From Octopus bimaculoides (Eukaryota), in NCBI RefSeq assembly GCF_001194135.2, contig NC_069000.1:21034078-21097950 (forward strand): a DNA stretch of 63,873 nt. The letters are read 5' to 3'. The position numbers and the translations under genes were made by a program. Of this stretch, positions 61,226 through 63,873 are shown one piece after another (position 1 is the stretch's first letter; each line of letters begins with the position of its first letter). The notes under the pieces are model-generated. The model was not told where the DNA came from, ran no database searches, and saw nothing but the letters and a program-made list of their open reading frames with translations.

Positions 61226-62497
61226 CTGAAATGTACAAACATAGAGAAAGTCACATTTACATTATGCAAATAAATATACATACATACATATATATATATA
61301 TCATCAGTAGTTCATATATACAAAAAAGCACACTCTAAAGCAATAGAGCAGTAATATAATTTTTAGGAAAGACCTGCAAAGAGCATTGCAACACTCTAAG
61401 AAGGGGTAACAATAGAATGTGAGGTGGCCCTGAAAAGGCTGTGTTAACGTTCTCACAATTGTAACAATTTGGTAGGTAGTCCTGGAAGGGTGTGTAAAAC
61501 GTTCGCAGGTGAATACGGCGTGTTCCTTTTCCACCAACAGCAGCGGACGTGCTGTTACAAAACTTCATGCTCTGTGAAAACAGAACAGATGCCCTATGGA
61601 GGAAAGAGGGGGATTAATCATGGGTAAGTAAATACGGGTAAGTTTGAAAATATACAACAATAGCATCTACTCACCATATGTCAGACCAGCAAGAGTGTAG
61701 TTGTGCTGAATAGATGAATCGCCAACACCTCTGTCATGGAGATGTTGTGTAAAATGACCTGTTACTTTTGAATATTTTGTATTTGATGTAAAATGTAGTG
61801 GTGTAAAATATAATGGTGAGAGAGAGGATGTATGTATTTAGTTTTATCGACTTTTGAAGTCTTGTTATCTGATGTAAATTGTAATGGCATGTAAGAGATA
61901 GTTACTTCATGTAATTATTTTTATCCATTTGTTTCATTGATCGTCGTTATGAATACATTTGTTGTTGTATAAAATGATATGTTGCTTGGTTTTCAAATTG
62001 TATGTTGTGATGCTGTTGCCGCTGATGTATACTGTAATGGTGAGAGAGGAGATGGAAGGGGGAGATGTATCATGTACGTCGGATGTAGAAGATGAGGCTA
62101 CTGTGCTGACGAAGGGAGGGAAACAGACCTGTGCGGAGGCCAGGTGTTGGTGAAGTGTGAAGTAATTGCAGGAAACCGCCTAAAAATGTAAATGTTGTCA
62201 TAAAAGCATTGTTGACCGTTTGAGAGTCGTACGGAAGTGAAATAGTAACGTGTCCATGGTCCTCCGATGCCCGCCGAATGGGGGTTGGTGAGGAAGAACA
62301 GCTGATTTTTGAGCAGGGTCTGATTTGTAATGAGGCTTTGTAACGCCGCAAGAATAAGCCTTTTTACAGCTGATGGTTGGGAGTGTCAAGTGCACTGCAA
62401 TGAATATTAACCTACACATACTTAGAAATTACTGACAAAAAGGCAAAAATCTTTTTTAAATTAGAAAAAAGTTATAAAATTAGGAAGCGAAGTAATC

Positions 62498-63873
62498 CTA
62501 TAAAACCTCCTTGTACACAATGCTTTTTGTTTTTCTTTGTGGAACGAACGCGAAAGCATCACTCTTGCTGCCCACGTGTGAGCAGCCAATGTAAAGCTGA
62601 CCATGAGAAAAACACGGCTCCCCCAAATGTATTCCCACGACAGATAGCATTTGCCCATGTGCTTTGTTAATTGACATTGCGAAGCATGGCCTGACTGGAA
62701 ACTGGGACCTCTGAAATGTGAAAGGTAGGTCTGCTCCTGATAGGAAAAGATGCATCCTCGGTATGAGCACAACGTTGCCTCGACCGCACCCTGTGATTAT
62801 TGTGGCCTCAATTAGATCGGGAGATAAGGAGTTAACGATCAAACGTGTCCCATTACATTGTTTCGGTGGAACCAAATTTCGAATGAGCATTATAGGTGCA
62901 CCAAGTTTAAATTTCAGATGTGTGAGGGTAGTCCAGGGGGCTGAAAGGAATTTAGTACCTCTATTGGATAGTTGACGACGTCCTTAGGGTCAGGAGTTCT
63001 ATCGATAGACTTATATATAGCAATCCCCAGGAATGAGTTTTAACATTTGATCATTAATATGGTTAACAGTTTTATTCTTCGAGGCCATAATAGCCCTTTG
63101 ACCAATCCAATCCATATTTTGACAATTTGCTTGGAGATCTGGGAACACTGCATCCATGAGATCAGAAGGCGTTTTAACAATGGTACAAAGTGAATCAATG
63201 GCAACATTACCCTTTTCGTCGCAGGGAGTTTTGCCTTCGCCAAGTTCAAGGAGAGTGTTAGAAAATTCTGCTTATGCTATTTCACCTCGCATATGAGCAC
63301 ACATGTTAGTGTTAAGTTTGAGAGTCTTCACCAGGGGCCACAATGTGGATGACTTAAGACACGCACGTACTGTATCATCTCGAGTTGAAGACGACTGTCA
63401 TGGCTATGAATAAGTATGTCTCGCTTATTGTGCTGTTCACCATGGAGAAGTACAGCCACTTCATTGCACAAAGAAGCGTTATAACAGCGTGCGTGCTCCC
63501 CAGAAGGTCTTTTGTCAGCATCGATGACAATGGTGAAGCTTGGTGAAAGGGCTGTTTGCAAGGCGTATTTGAAACTGCGAATATAGCTGTTGTGCTCATG
63601 AAGCAGGTTTTGCAGACTGAGTAGAACGTCCCTGTCAAAAGTGTCAGCGTCAGTGTTTGCAGGTGGTGAAACAACACCAAACCGCACATCAAGTTGCCTA
63701 CTGTAGTTGGAAATGAAGTAAATTTGGAGGTACAAAGGCTTGCAATATTGTAGTGGCTGGAGCAACCCAATAAGATGGTACACCTATCCCTGGACCTTGA
63801 AAGTAGGCATCCAACCACTGTCTGTGACAACGTTAGCCCCGAAAGAAGTCATCTGAAACGCACAATTGCAATT
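62498..63873 (-). mobile_element. Helitron RepHel remnant, internally deleted and frameshifted, upstream of (probably intronic to) the TMEM170A last exon
   Basis: 63328-63873 encodes Helitron N-terminal Rep-side motifs (FQMTSFG, GWMPTFKVQG, YHLIG, LQIYFI, RPSGEHAR.YNA...NEVAV). This joins directly to Pif1-like helicase motifs RACLKSSTLW..LNTNM, and 62498-62890 encodes NGTRL...QFPVRPCFAMSINKAHGQ...FSHGQLY...IVYKEVL*. Confidence 0.93.

Overview
AT-rich, repeat-dense eukaryotic draft-assembly window with many N gaps. The SINE families, dense (AT)n/(GATA)n tracts and transposon mix suggest an octopus or other coleoid cephalopod (inference from repeat recognition, not a search). The only confidently recognisable host gene is the last coding exon of TMEM170A (minus strand, 61095-61225). 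A decayed, internally deleted Helitron lies upstream of that exon, presumably in its intron. The rest is mostly transposon debris. It includes three tRNA-derived SINE families (one with a CORE-like box and an internal microsatellite that explains many gaps), non-LTR remnants (R4/Dong-like, HERO/NeSL-like, CRE-like, CR1-like, RTE-like, Penelope-like), and DNA transposons (two near-full-length dead mariners, Tigger, a pogo derivative retaining only its DNA-binding ORF, hAT, MULE, MITEs). The most interesting non-checklist signals are: (1) two minimal hammerhead-ribozyme motifs with a covarying stem II in Penelope-type termini; (2) three head-to-tail SINEs separated by four copies of one 18-bp target-like spacer; (3) a small GTCGA-loop-TCGAC hairpin shared by the tails of two otherwise different SINE families; (4) several long palindromes that could be ADAR or small-RNA substrates; (5) phase-compatible candidate exons of an unrecognised gene at 45.7-49 kb. 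No CRISPR, rRNA or intact tRNA was found. Most listed ORFs are artefacts of N runs or microsatellites.
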